The notes: generated by a model not told the origin, from the letters alone. A stretch of 64,000 nucleotides of DNA from an uncultured Trueperaceae bacterium (GCA_963799485.1 CAWCXJ010000007.1:480001-544000); one strand, 5' to 3'. Shown: positions 1 to 9,475, numbered from the stretch's first letter. A program made the numbers and translations.

Positions 1-336
1 AGCTGTCTACATACGGGGTGCCTAGACTTGAAAATTTTACGGGGACGACAGACTTTTTAATTTTTGTGGTGCCGTTTTGTGATGTGTAGCGTTTTAGACT
101 AACCGCCATAGCCAGACCTTTCTAACAACGGTGAGTTGCCGTTGCACGCATGTGCTAAGTGTAAACGAATTTGTCAATTCGACCGCATTCTACACGCTTA
201 AGCTTTTTCACATCGTAGAGGGTGCAGCACATAAAAACGCCCCAGACCGCTAGCTGGGACGCCACTTAAGGGATATGAGCTGTGGGTAGTATCAACATCG
301 TTTATCAGCTAAACGGCGCTCTGCCGCTAGGCACAT

Positions 337-361
337 AAGGGTTGATTCAACTCAACCCTTA
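337..361. terminator. Hairpin downstream of the helicase gene
   Basis: AAGGGTTGA-ttcaac-TCAACCCTT inverted repeat just past the stop at 372. Confidence 0.5.
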
Positions 362-1372
362 GCGGTTTAGGTCAAGTATAAGCTACCCTCCCCGTTTCAA
401 GTTTACCAAGCACAGCTCGAGCTATCGCTTCGAGGTCATATGCCTCACCGTCCGCGAGTCTTCTCTTTTTGAAGTAACTCCCAAGAACCTTATCCAAGTC
501 ATCGGTTCGGCCTACAGGTAACTTCATGGGTTGTCCTATAAACTCACCTGTTTCAAAACGGCGGCGCAACTCTTGTATGACTAAAGGCACATCGTTTTGA
601 GGCAGTTCGGTGTTTTGATGCAGAAGGGTGTGCAGCAAAAGTTCGTCGGTATCAGACGGCGTTTCTGCTATTTGATGTTTTGATGCAGCAGGTTTTGAAC
701 CGTTGTCCTCATCGTTTTTTAAGCGGTAGCCGACGGGCTGACCCCGGCCCGGTAGCTTCAATACAGCTACAGTGTCGCCTAAACGCCCGAGCAGTTCCTT
801 AAGGGCATCCGCGGCTGCACGTTGCTGGATTTTGCCCTCACGTATGGCAACCTCGAGTAGTTCTCTGCGTTCTATTACGGTGCCGCGTCTCGTCTCGAGC
901 ACACTCTGCATGACCCTCACCGCTCGTTCGGTTTTTGTCTCGCTGTAGGATTCGGGCAACTCGGTTTCTTCGATTCGCACCGCATCGGCATTGAAATTCA
1001 GCTCTATTCCGAAGGGTTCCGGTAGCGCGGCAAAGCTCGACTTACTGACATCCCAACGCAAAACGTTGCGTCCCTGTACATCCTTTGCTGGGACGCGGGT
1101 TAACAAATGCACCGTGCGACTTTGTGCGGGTTTGGCGATGCTACCCATAACGCCACGTGCCCCTGCTTTCTCACCGCTCATCGGTTTGGGCAAATGGTCA
1201 ATCAGGATAACGGCAGCGCCTGTTTCGGTAGCAAGGCGGCGCAAGTACCAAAACGGCCCCTGTACAGCGGTAAGCTTTACCGGGTCGGTAGCGGGAAAAG
1301 CTGCCATAAACGAATCAATAACAACTAAGTACACCCAACCTAAATAAGTAGGTTGAAGGCGAATACTAAGGA

Positions 1373-1900
1373 ATGACAAAGCGAGGACGAAGGTATATCG
1401 CATTAAGTGAGGCAGAGAACGAGAAGTTAAGAGCGTTAGAGCAGAACGCGCATATAAATGCCAAGGTGCGTCTGCGTGCCCAGATTTTGAGACTATCAAA
1501 TCAGGGCATGAGCCTGGGGCAGCTTTCAGAGCATGTAGCCAAGAACTACGAAACCTTGAGAAGAACCTTTGACCGTTGGGAAAGAGCAGGTTACGCAGGT
1601 CTAGCCGACCACTACGAGACACACGGACAGAAACCCGTAATTACCGATGACATCAAGACGTTCATGGAAACGAAGCTAACAGAACCAAGAACCTGGACGT
1701 GTACCCAGCTCTCCGAGACCGTCGGCGAGCGCTACGGTGTCAAGGTGGGAGCCGAGGGTATCCGCAAACGACTCAAAGAAATGGGCTACAGCTGGAAAAA
1801 GGGACGCTTTACGCCTGCCAAGCGTCCTGGTGAGGACGACCTCAAGCACCATAGAGCAGCCTTGGACACGTTGAAAAAGGGGCGCTGGAGCAAAGGTTGA
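1373..1900 (+). CDS. IS630 transposase N-terminal HTH part (orfA)
   Basis: HTH/winged-HTH pattern, WTCxxL and GYSWKK motifs; ends at an AAAAAGGGG slippery site. Confidence 0.88.
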   Translation: MTKRGRRYIALSEAENEKLRALEQNAHINAKVRLRAQILRLSNQGMSLGQLSEHVAKNYETLRRTFDRWERAGYAGLADHYETHGQKPVITDDIKTFMETKLTEPRTWTCTQLSETVGERYGVKVGAEGIRKRLKEMGYSWKKGRFTPAKRPGEDDLKHHRAALDTLKKGRWSKG

Positions 1901-2400
1901 GACTGCTTTATCTCGATCAGGTCGGTTTTAGTCTGGCGCTCAAGCCGATCAAGACCTGGACGCCTAAAGGTTCAGGAATTCAGTTCGAGATTCCTTCCAG
2001 GCAAGGTTCAGCCGGAAGGCTCAATCTTATAGGTGCATTGGACGTTGCTGCCAACAAACTCGTTTACCGCGACTTGGAGGGTGGCTGTGATGCTCGTAAG
2101 GTCGAGGCGTTTCTCGACAGGCTGGCCGAACGAGCCGATCCCGAAGGTCTCACTGTCGTCGTGCTTGATAATGCTCGCTTTCACAAAGCTAAAAACATCA
2201 AGGCTAAAGAACACAGCTGGCAACAACAAGGCTTGTTTCTTCGTTACCTACCCCCTTACTCGCCCCAGTTAAATCCTATCGAAACACTTTGGCGTCTCCT
2301 CAAAGGCTTTCTCCTGCCTAGACGCTTATACGCTTCCCTCAATCATCTCAAAGAGGCTGTCTTCGCCGCCCTTACACTCCTAAATGCTGTCATCCTTTAG
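1897..2400 (+). CDS. IS630 transposase DDE domain (orfB, probably joined by frameshift)
   Basis: YLDQ, VVLDNARFH, LPPYSPQLNPIE motifs. Confidence 0.92.
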   Translation: MRLLYLDQVGFSLALKPIKTWTPKGSGIQFEIPSRQGSAGRLNLIGALDVAANKLVYRDLEGGCDARKVEAFLDRLAERADPEGLTVVVLDNARFHKAKNIKAKEHSWQQQGLFLRYLPPYSPQLNPIETLWRLLKGFLLPRRLYASLNHLKEAVFAALTLLNAVIL

Positions 2401-2804
2401 TTTCAGGTTGGAGGTACTTAGGTTGGCTCCGGTTGTGCGAGCGAGGTCGCCTAACTGGTTTAGTTCGTTTACGTCCATCCCGAAGGTGTCAGGATCGGGC
2501 TCGAGCACGATAATCTTACTCATATCGCCATCAGGGTAAGCGGCTTGGTGCTTATCAAGCCAAAAACGTATACTGCGCCCGTTTCCAGGGGCGTCATAGT
2601 CTACAAAGATGGTTTTACCAGGGTTGACGTGTTTGCCTAAGAATTCTCCACCATTGGGGCGGCTTGCTTGCCAAGCTAGGGCGGTTAGCGTGGCTGTTTT
2701 GCCATGCCCTGGTAGGGAGGCAACGAGGTTGAGGTAGCCTTTAAGGATTAACTCTTCTACATACCAGTCAAGCGGCTCGAGTTGGCGCGTGAGGTCTACT
2801 TGGA

Positions 2805-3903
2805 TTAAAGGCATGGTTTGCCCCCTAGCGTGGGAACGGCTCGCCCAATGTTGGGTCTGGCATCTGTTTTCGTCTTGGTCGAGAACCCGCTACCTGAAAA
2901 CATCAAATCGGGCTTTTGCTGTGAGCGACGTAAATCTTTTGGTGCAGTAGCTGATGCGCTAAAAGACTTGACTGCGTTAAAAGGGCGGGCACCTTCGAGG
3001 CTTTGGTTAAGCTGCTGTAAAAGCGCACCACGGCCCCCACGCCCTGCCAGATCGCACGCATCCATAGGCCACGGGTCAAGGGTGTAAGCTTTGCCAGCCC
3101 CTGCCCCTGCCCCTGCGCCTGTGCCGCCCACTTGTCACGCGCTTCTCGGCCTACTTCGTCGTCATCGGCGTAAACGTAGACGGTACGGCCTTTGAGCGCG
3201 TCAAGGTGTAATGATCCGCTCGTACCTGCTACACCCATGACCCCTAGATCGAGTCTTGCTAAGGAACATGCCATCGCGTTTAACTCCCCTTCAATCACAA
3301 GCACTTCGTTATGGTTCAAAAAGTCCGGCGAACACCATGCGGGGCTGCCGTGGCCTTTTAGTCCGGTGTAGCGGTCAAGCTTCGTTTTCGGGTGTGCTTT
3401 TCGGCGTTTGATGTTGAGGACGGTTCCGTTTGGGCCAAACACAGGGAAGAGTGCATCGTCCCCTTCAGCGCAACAGCCGAACTTCTTCAAGTCTGGCAAG
3501 GTAAAACCGCGCCCCTTCATCGAGAGGGGAACGCAGCGTAACCGGGCAGCTTGGCGGTAGTGGCGCTCGAGCACCTCCGGCGCAACTGGCTTAAAGATAG
3601 GGGCAGGCTTGGCAGCTTTGATAGCTAGGCGGGGCAGCGTAGCGCCTACCGCACCGCCCGCCCGACGCTCGAGGTCTCTAACCGCTTCAGCGGTGTCGAA
3701 GTCGTAAACCGCCTTGAGCCAGTCCAAGGCGTCGCCGTAAGCCCCACACGCAAAACATAAAAACTGTCTTGGTAGATATGGCAGCTTGGATTTCGGTCGT
3801 CGTGAACCGGGCACAGCACCTTACCGTTGCGCCCGATGTCGTGCGTTTCGCTTACCAGTTCGGTGAAGGGTATGGCAGCTTTGAGCGCTGCAATATCCGC
3901 CAC
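2805..3903 (-). pseudogene. DNA primase (CHC2 zinc finger plus Toprim) with two frameshifts
   Basis: CPVHDDRNPS and CFACG lie in different frames (slip near 3757); VIEGE and YADDD Toprim motifs; second slip at the CCCTGC repeat near 3100-3120. Confidence 0.82.
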
Positions 3904-3904
3904 C

Positions 3905-4123
3905 TCAAAACTCTTTTCCGATGTTGTCTTGAATCCACTGCTCGAGCGCTGCGGTAGGAATACGGATCGTGTTGCCAATTTTGAGGCAGGGTAAGACCCC
4001 GGCATTGGCTAAGCCGTAGGTGCGGTTGATGCCCAAGTTCAATATCTTGGCGGCTTGGCGCACGGTGAGGAGGACGGGTTGGTTGACTTTCTCGGATGTA
4101 GTAGGAACCTCTTTATGATCCAT
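3905..4123 (-). CDS. Excisionase-like helix-turn-helix protein
   Basis: LLTVRQAAKILNLG...LPCLKIGNTIRIP, typical HTH_17/xis pattern. Confidence 0.85.
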   Translation of the reverse strand: MDHKEVPTTSEKVNQPVLLTVRQAAKILNLGINRTYGLANAGVLPCLKIGNTIRIPTAALEQWIQDNIGKEF

Positions 4124-4159
4124 GCGAAAAGTGTCCCGTGCGTCTCGGTAAGTCCTGAT

Positions 4160-4206
4160 TTGACACGCTTAACTACGTCCTGTAGGCTATAAATATGACC
4201 TGTCAA
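4160..4206. promoter_or_regulatory. Divergent control region; sigma70-like promoter for the HTH gene
   Basis: TTGACA-17 nt-TAGGCT on +; a second TTGACA on the - strand at 4201-4206. Confidence 0.6.
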
Positions 4207-4222
4207 AATTCAGTTTTCAAAC

Positions 4223-4873
4223 ATGACTAAGACTAAACGTCCCTATCCTTGGCCTCATCCCGATGAAGTGATCAAGCGGATAGCTAACGCTGAACGTCGA
4301 GGGGTCAAGATGCGGTGGCACGTTATCTATCTGATATGCCGCGTTGACCCAAAAAGGAAGAGCCCGTTAAAAGATAAAGAAATTGCTGCCAAGGTAGGGT
4401 TCACGGTGCAGCATATTGAGAACGTTCGACGGGCTTTTCGTGAGAGAGGCCCAGATGCAATGGAGATGGGGTTTTCATTTGCGCGTCCGAAGGCTGGACG
4501 AAAAGCAATCTTTGGTCAAGATGACCTCGAGCGATTAGCGGCGTTTTTGCAAAAGCTTGAAAAGCCCCGGTGGGAAGACGTTCAGACTTTTTGCAAAGAT
4601 GTACTAAAAATGGAGAAGCCGGTCAGTGACACTACGGCACGGCGGCGGTTTGAGGACTACCTCGACGGAAAGTTTCAGCTACCTCAAGTTGTAGATGTGC
4701 CCGCCGCGCCGAAGAAACAAAATCTGTCAGAGAAGCTAGCCGTAACAAAAGGAGCTAACAAACGCTCACAGCCCAAGAGCGAAACAATTAGGCAGAAGCT
4801 AGAACCGGCAACGTCACCTTCGCTCCCGAAGGACTTAGGTATGTTCGAGTCGTTATTCGATGAGCAAACCTAA
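4223..4873 (+). CDS. HTH DNA-binding protein resembling the IS630 transposase N-terminal region, no DDE domain
   Basis: KEIAAKVGFTVQHIENVRRAFRERG, GRKAIF and PVSDTTARR align by eye with orfA at 1373. Confidence 0.65.
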   Translation: MTKTKRPYPWPHPDEVIKRIANAERRGVKMRWHVIYLICRVDPKRKSPLKDKEIAAKVGFTVQHIENVRRAFRERGPDAMEMGFSFARPKAGRKAIFGQDDLERLAAFLQKLEKPRWEDVQTFCKDVLKMEKPVSDTTARRRFEDYLDGKFQLPQVVDVPAAPKKQNLSEKLAVTKGANKRSQPKSETIRQKLEPATSPSLPKDLGMFESLFDEQT

Positions 4874-4968
4874 CTGCTATCACGGTAGACGGTCGGTTTT
4901 GAGCTAAATACGCCAGGTACCCCCGTGTGCATGAAGCAACAGGTGATAACTTCATTGCGCGGTTCAGC

Positions 4969-5180
4969 TTAGATAAACAGTTCCGTACCAACCCCAAACC
5001 GCTCAGCTAACTTCTTGGCTAGATTCAAGCTGATCGCGTGTTCCCCTTCAAAACCTTCTTCTGCTGGCTGGTAATATCCTCTTTATCAGTTGGTACCGAC
5101 CCCATGCCGTCCTATAAGGTGCGCGAGCATTTGGCAGGGCGGCGCGTCAAGGTTTTTAAGCTCGGGTTGGCCCGTTTCCC
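4969..5180 (-). pseudogene. Remnant of a HigA-type HTH antitoxin
   Basis: Minus-strand fragments DAPPCQMLAHLIGRHG and HAISLNLAKKLAERFGVGTELFI*; no intact ORF. Confidence 0.6.
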
Positions 5181-5346
5181 GCACAACCGTGTGCGCTTAG
5201 GCCCTATTTGCTGTACCGGACGCTGGACTCTACATATTCGTTACTCTATACGCCCATTACAAAGCGCTGTCATCTTCGTTTGGCTTATCCGGGTTATGTA
5301 TCGCGCTTTTGTGGGTCGCGTGTTCTCCGCTGGGTACGCTGAGCAC

Positions 5347-6693
5347 ATGCGCCCCCCCTCCCTAACAGCAATTTTTACGACCTGGTGGCCTCTGGCCGCG
5401 AGCTGGCTTTTTATGGGGGTCGAGCAACCCTTGGTCGGTGCGCTGATTGCTAGGCTCGCCGATCCGACGGTTCAGCTCGCAGCCTTGGGCGGCGTCGTTT
5501 TTCCGCTTTCGTGGCTTATCGAAGCGCCCATTATGATGCTGCTCGCTGCCTCGACCGCGCTTTCTAAAACCAAAGGTTCATACAGGTTTATCTACCGCTT
5601 CATGATGCTTTCAGGTCTAGCTTTAACGCTGCTACACGCGCTTTTAGCGTTTACCCCGCTCTACGACCTGCTGATCGTCCGGCTTTTACAACCCCCTGCC
5701 GTGGTCGTGCAACCAGCCCGCTTGGGCCTCATGATCATGCTGCCTTTTACCTGGTGTATCGCCTACCGCCGTTTTCATCAGGGTGTGCTAATTCGTAGTG
5801 GGCGGTCGCTAACGGTGAGTATCGGAACGGTGGTGCGGCTGCTAGCTATCGTGCTGGGGTGCAGCGTAGGGCTCTTGCTGGACGCACCGGGCATCGTTGT
5901 CGGTACGTTGGGAATCGTAACCGGGGTTTTAGCTGAGGCATTATTTATTGGGGTACGCGTCCGACCTATTGTTCGTCACGGGTTGCCGGACAAGGTGGAG
6001 AGTGAAGCGGAGCCCCTCGGCTGGTCGATGTTTTTGCGGTTTTATACGCCGCTGGCGCTGACGAGTTTGCTGCTGCTACTCGTGCAACCGCTCGGCAGCG
6101 CGGCGCTCAGCCGGATGCCGCTGGCGCTCACCTCACTTGCCGCGTGGCCGGTGCTGGCGTCCTTTATATTTCTCTTCCGGGGGGTGGGGATGGCCTATAA
6201 CGAGGTGGTAGTGGCGCAGCTCGAGACGCCGGGTGCGTGGCGGAGTCTGCGCCGCTTTGCGCTGCTCGTCTCAGCCTTGATAAGTGCCCTTTTGCTCCTG
6301 GTCGCGCTTACACCCCTCGCTCACGGCTATTTTGGTACGGTGCTCGGGCTCGAGCCTGAACTGGCTTCGCTGGCGAGCAACGGTCTTTTACTGGCGTTTG
6401 CGTGGCCCGCGCTGACGATCTTTCAGAGTTACTATCAGGGCATTTTGGTGCATAGTGGCGAAACGCAGCGCGTAACTCAGTCGGTTTTGGTCTCGCTCGC
6501 GGTCAGTGTGCTGCTGCTCGGGGGTGGGGCGCTCCTCGGCACGTTGCCGGGGCTTTACGTCGTAACGATAGCCTTTGTCGTCGGGAGCGCCGTGCAGGTA
6601 TTCTGGCTGGCGTACTCGAGCCAAGCGGTGCTCAGGGGCTTGCGGGCACTCGAGGCACCTTCGGGTGTTGGGCCCGTCGCTGCAACAGATTAG
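5347..6693 (+). CDS. MATE/MOP-superfamily multi-pass membrane exporter
   Basis: About 12 hydrophobic segments with an internal two-fold repeat (WWPLA / YTPLA); start chosen 6 nt after TACGCT. Confidence 0.75.
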   Translation: MRPPSLTAIFTTWWPLAASWLFMGVEQPLVGALIARLADPTVQLAALGGVVFPLSWLIEAPIMMLLAASTALSKTKGSYRFIYRFMMLSGLALTLLHALLAFTPLYDLLIVRLLQPPAVVVQPARLGLMIMLPFTWCIAYRRFHQGVLIRSGRSLTVSIGTVVRLLAIVLGCSVGLLLDAPGIVVGTLGIVTGVLAEALFIGVRVRPIVRHGLPDKVESEAEPLGWSMFLRFYTPLALTSLLLLLVQPLGSAALSRMPLALTSLAAWPVLASFIFLFRGVGMAYNEVVVAQLETPGAWRSLRRFALLVSALISALLLLVALTPLAHGYFGTVLGLEPELASLASNGLLLAFAWPALTIFQSYYQGILVHSGETQRVTQSVLVSLAVSVLLLGGGALLGTLPGLYVVTIAFVVGSAVQVFWLAYSSQAVLRGLRALEAPSGVGPVAATD

Positions 6694-6793
6694 GTAAGGC
6701 TGGCCTCTTCTGGTTCATTTCGGCTTGACTGCTGAAGGTCTATCGTAACTTAGAACGGCAAGATGAACGAATCAACCTTTGAGGTTTCCCACA

Positions 6794-6877
6794 CGCCCTA
6801 TCTACATCCAACTCAAGAACGGCGGCAGCTTGACCAACGGTAACAGTGACGCCGGGCGAGAGGAACTTATGGCTCTC
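6794..6877 (+). pseudogene. Degenerate copy of the 5' end of the ATP-grasp gene
   Basis: RPIYIQLKNGGSLTNGNSDAGREELMAL versus RPVYIQTKNDGSFTNGNSYAAWEGFTAL encoded from 7511. Confidence 0.8.
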
Positions 6878-6928
6878 GACACGCTATAGTATAAAAACCA
6901 TGCGGGACTCTTTGGAGAAAGGGGGAAT

Positions 6929-7111
6929 ATGTCTGCCACTCGTCCATTAAAAAGTACTCCCCTCGTGAGTCAAGAGGAGCGCGAGAAGCTTCGCCGCAAC
7001 AGCGTGCGAATCAACCGGGTGTTTGATACCCTTAACGCTTACCCCGGCGGCTTCCATGCCGAGTTTGAGCGCCGCGCCCGCCAACAGGGTCTGTCAAAGC
7101 ACAACAAGTAA
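6929..7111 (+). CDS. Small hypothetical protein
   Basis: TATAGT -10 box, purine-rich RBS, downstream terminator. Confidence 0.65.
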   Translation: MSATRPLKSTPLVSQEEREKLRRNSVRINRVFDTLNAYPGGFHAEFERRARQQGLSKHNK

Positions 7112-7124
7112 CCTTCCAGCCTTT

Positions 7125-7152
7125 GAAGCCCGGCCCTCGCGTCGGGCTTTCT
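7125..7152 (+). terminator. Intrinsic terminator
   Basis: AAGCCCG...CGGGCTTT hairpin. Confidence 0.6.
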
Positions 7153-7507
7153 CATGCCGCGACGAAGCCTACACGTAGCGTATTAGCGCTGAGACGCGAC
7201 CCGCCAAATCCGCCGCCAACCAAAGGAGCGCACTCCGAGTACGCTGACGGTGAACCTGAAGAGCAGACCCTCGAGACCTATCCCGAAGTCAGCAACGACT
7301 AAAGCCGCGCCAGAGTAGGCGGGCTCAGATTGCCCGCAGGTTTATCAGTTTAATCAGAAATTTATGACCCAAGCTTCTGATTCATGGGGTTATGCCCAGT
7401 TTCTGATTAAAACTCTGACCTCTGACCATGCCAGACCCGCGCCCAGGTCGAACCGCTATTGACCACAGCTTAAAATGACTCCGAAAGCCGAGGAGGTAAG
7501 GTCACTG

Positions 7508-8245
7508 ATGCGCCCTGTTTACATCCAGACCAAGAACGACGGCAGCTTTACCAACGGCAACAGCTACGCCGCTTGGGAAGGTTTTACGGCGCTTGGTTAC
7601 GAGGTAAAGACGTTTCGAGCCGATGAGCTGACCCAGCTCGAGCTAGCACCCGACGCGCTCGTTCACGGTCACGTCGGTATCGTTTGGCAGGCTTTAGCAC
7701 AACTCGGCGCACGTGTACCCCAAGCGCTGGGTATTCCTACCGACCTCGAGCCCTTTTTGGGTCGTCGCCAGTGGCAAAGTACGTTGGGAGAGGTTCGGAA
7801 GCTTGCGGACGTGCCGGTGTTTATAAAACCGCTAGAAAACGGCAAAGCGTTTACGGGCCATATCGTTGCTGAGTTTCGTGACCTGATCCAAACCGCCAGC
7901 TTGCCCGACGACTTTCCAGTGCTTGTGCAGGAGGTGGTGCAGCTCGAGAGCGAGTGGCGCGTGTTTGTCTTACGGGGTGAAGTCTTAGGCGTCGGGTACT
8001 ACTACGGCGACCCGCTCCGTTTTCCCGACGGTGCAGTCGTCAAGGAAATGCTGCGGGCACATAAAGACCCGGTAGCAGCGTATGGGCTCGATGTGGGTGT
8101 CACCGCAGGGGGTCAAACGCTGCTGGTCGAGCTTAACGACGGCTACGCCCTTGGTTGCTACGGCTTACCGCCGACCAAGTATGCAAGGCTGCTCGAGGCC
8201 CGCTGGGACGAACTGATGAGCTGTAAAAAGGTAGCGTCAACCTGA
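7508..8245 (+). CDS. ATP-grasp protein, R2K clade (DUF4343-like)
   Basis: PVFIKP...KAFTG, SEWRVFV, AYGLDVGV, LLVELNDGYALGCYG; RBS GAGGAGG. Confidence 0.82.
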   Translation: MRPVYIQTKNDGSFTNGNSYAAWEGFTALGYEVKTFRADELTQLELAPDALVHGHVGIVWQALAQLGARVPQALGIPTDLEPFLGRRQWQSTLGEVRKLADVPVFIKPLENGKAFTGHIVAEFRDLIQTASLPDDFPVLVQEVVQLESEWRVFVLRGEVLGVGYYYGDPLRFPDGAVVKEMLRAHKDPVAAYGLDVGVTAGGQTLLVELNDGYALGCYGLPPTKYARLLEARWDELMSCKKVAST

Positions 8246-8304
8246 GAGGGCTATAACACGGTAACGGGGTATCCTAAACCTCATCCCGTCTAGGAGGTGC
8301 CCTT

Positions 8305-9096
8305 ATCCCTACGTCCCTTACCCCCACCATCCAAGCTGAATTGAAGCGGCTCGAGCAACAAGAACACATCCGTATCCTCTACGCCTGCGAATCGGACAGC
8401 CGCGCTTGGGGCTTTGCTTCTCAAGATTCAGACTACGACGTGTGCTTTATCTACGTTCGTCCGCTCAACTGGTACTTGTCGTTGGAGAAAAAGCGTAACG
8501 TGCTCGAGGAGATGCTCCCTAATGACCTAGAGCTTGCCGGATGGGACGTCACAAAAGCCTTGACCCTATTCGCCAAGTCGAACCCCCCGATGCTCGAGTG
8601 GCTGGATTCGCCCATCGTCTACTACGAAGAACCAGGGTTTACCGAGGCGCTTAAAGCGTTGCTGCCGACCTATTACGCGCCACGTGCGTGTATGTATCAC
8701 TACCTGCATATGGCGAAGAGCAACCGCCGCGATTACCTTAAAGGTGAAACGGTGTGGACAAAGAAATATCTTTACGTGTTGCGGCCTGTGTTGGCGTGCG
8801 AGTGGATTGCTCAAGGACACGGGCCGGTGCCGATGGCGATGCAGGCGCTTGTAGATACGCTGCTCGAGGGTGAACGCCACAGCGCAATACAAACGCTGAT
8901 CGAACGCAAACGGCGGGGTGACGAGCTGGCAGAGGGGCCGCGGTTGCCGGTACTCGACGCGCTGATTGATGAAACGCTCGAGCGGCTGCAAGATGCGCCC
9001 GAAACGCAGGCACAACCAAAGGTGACGATTAAGGCGTTAGACGCATTGTTTGTGGATACGCTCGAGCGTTATGCCCCACGCCAAGTACCCGGTTAG
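8305..9096 (+). CDS. RlaP/YcgL-type Pol-beta nucleotidyltransferase, possibly decaying
   Basis: ES(D)SRAWGF.SQDSDYD, KSNPPMLEWL.SPIVY, KKYLYVLRP; ATC rather than ATG 7 nt after AGGAGG; ORF track starts at TTG 8341. Confidence 0.8.
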   Translation: MPTSLTPTIQAELKRLEQQEHIRILYACESDSRAWGFASQDSDYDVCFIYVRPLNWYLSLEKKRNVLEEMLPNDLELAGWDVTKALTLFAKSNPPMLEWLDSPIVYYEEPGFTEALKALLPTYYAPRACMYHYLHMAKSNRRDYLKGETVWTKKYLYVLRPVLACEWIAQGHGPVPMAMQALVDTLLEGERHSAIQTLIERKRRGDELAEGPRLPVLDALIDETLERLQDAPETQAQPKVTIKALDALFVDTLERYAPRQVPG

Positions 9097-9220
9097 CGGT
9101 CTTATAGACCAAGATCAACGCCTTGAGCAGCCTTTCCATCTTACTTACCGAAGTATCTTATTTGTATGTCGGCGTCTGGCAGCAGGTGTTTATGCTAAGT
9201 TATCCGAAGAGGAGGGAGAT

Positions 9221-9463
9221 ATGGTTAAGGTATTAGACAAAGCTTATGAACACAGCGAACTTGTTCTTGAAGCCGGAGACGAAGAAATCCTTGACCGAGT
9301 ATGGGCCAGGTTTCGCGAAAAGCATCCCAACTACCGCTCGTCTGCCGAAGAACTCGAGCGCGTTCGCACGCTGAGCGAACGCCGTAAGGCGCTCTACGAG
9401 TCTCTCCCAAGCCCTGAAGAGCGGGCGAGGCGCAGGGCAGCGGTACGCGCACTCAGACCTTAA
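9221..9463 (+). CDS. Small hypothetical protein, paralog of 9811-10095
   Basis: RBS GAGGAGGGAG; shared DR...PNY.xS.E...P..EE..RR pattern. Confidence 0.7.
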   Translation: MVKVLDKAYEHSELVLEAGDEEILDRVWARFREKHPNYRSSAEELERVRTLSERRKALYESLPSPEERARRRAAVRALRP

Positions 9464-9475
9464 ACTGACCTATCA

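Larger units (their letters stand above)
1328..2418 (+). mobile_element. IS630-family insertion sequence
   Basis: Imperfect terminal IRs AGTACACCCAACCTAAA / AGTACCTCCAACCTGAAA; TA duplicated at 1326-1327 and 2419-2420. Confidence 0.93.
372..2814 (-). pseudogene. AAA_25/RepA-like replicative helicase split by an IS630 insertion
   Basis: N-half 2421-2814 has Walker A (SLPGHGKT). C-half 372-1327 has Walker B (LVVIDS) and ILIDH. Removing 1328-2420 restores an in-frame G-A-N-L-V-V junction. Confidence 0.85.

Noticed and set aside
1328..1622. N-terminus of ORF 372..1622 as a real protein start
   Set aside because: It is antisense read-through into IS630; the true N-terminus is at 2814
5038..5346. 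N-terminal 103 aa of the MATE ORF
   Set aside because: Overlaps the HigA remnant on the other strand; a leaderless start at 5347 fits better
6794..7594. Diversity-generating retroelement TR/VR pair
   Set aside because: Mismatches are not adenine-specific, many are synonymous, and no reverse transcriptase is present
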